Shown: positions 63,808 through 64,000 of the stretch, one piece after another | How the letters are laid out: the number at the start of each line of letters is the position of its first letter | Position numbering within the stretch: position 1 is the first letter of the stretch | The notes under the pieces: generated by a model | What the model was told of the DNA's origin: nothing | The model's input: only the letters and a program-made list of their open reading frames with translations | Database searches by the model: none | NCBI RefSeq assembly: GCF_004010195.1 | Contig: NC_057720.1 | Span: 35,727,345-35,791,344 of the forward strand | DNA from: Chiloscyllium plagiosum | Taxonomy: Eukaryota | Length of the DNA: 64,000 bases | Reading direction: 5' to 3' | Translations under genes and position numbers: made by a program

Positions 63808-64000
63808 CAGGTGAAAGTGGGTACTGCAGATGCTGAAGACGAGAGTCAAGATTAGAGTAGTGCTGGAAAAGCACAGCAGGTCAGGCAGCATCTGAGGAGC
63901 AGGAAAATCGACGCATCGGGCAAAAGAGCTTTGCCCGAAACATAGATTTTCCTGCTCCTTGGATGCTGCCTGACATGCTTTGCTCTTCCAACATTACTCT
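63808..64000. mobile_element. PLE-derived family A element, inverted pair, running to the window end
   Basis: Arms gctggaaaagcacagcaggtcaggcagcatc and gatgctgcctgacatgct surround cgggcaaaagagctttgcccgaaac. The CTGATGA is lost at the junction. Confidence 0.85.

Overview
This is eukaryotic, AT-rich, non-coding vertebrate DNA, most likely a cartilaginous fish (shark). The call rests on HE1-type V-SINEs, HER1/CR1 LINEs and a Deu-domain SINE, all recognised from memory rather than by search. I find no intact protein-coding gene: the ORF track is chance ORFs plus decayed transposon frames. The window looks like a large intron or gene desert with five components. (i) Many truncated and nested CR1, L2 and Rex1-like LINEs and SINEs. 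(ii) About 15 short elements in four sequence families that carry a minimal hammerhead-ribozyme core (CUGANGA - stem II - GAA - palindrome - H). These are often head-to-head inverted pairs with 12-16 bp target-site duplications, consistent with non-autonomous Penelope-like derivatives, and are the most interesting system here. (iii) A fossil PIF/Harbinger-type element with a spliced Myb/SANT-like gene. (iv) Repeat-poor blocks, mainly at 42-52 kb, with clustered Pbx-Hox and Meis motifs that look like conserved developmental enhancers. (v) A candidate 19-nt micro-exon, a tRNA-Asn pseudogene and a 96-N assembly gap. Repeat boundaries are approximate. No conservation, expression or ribozyme activity was tested.
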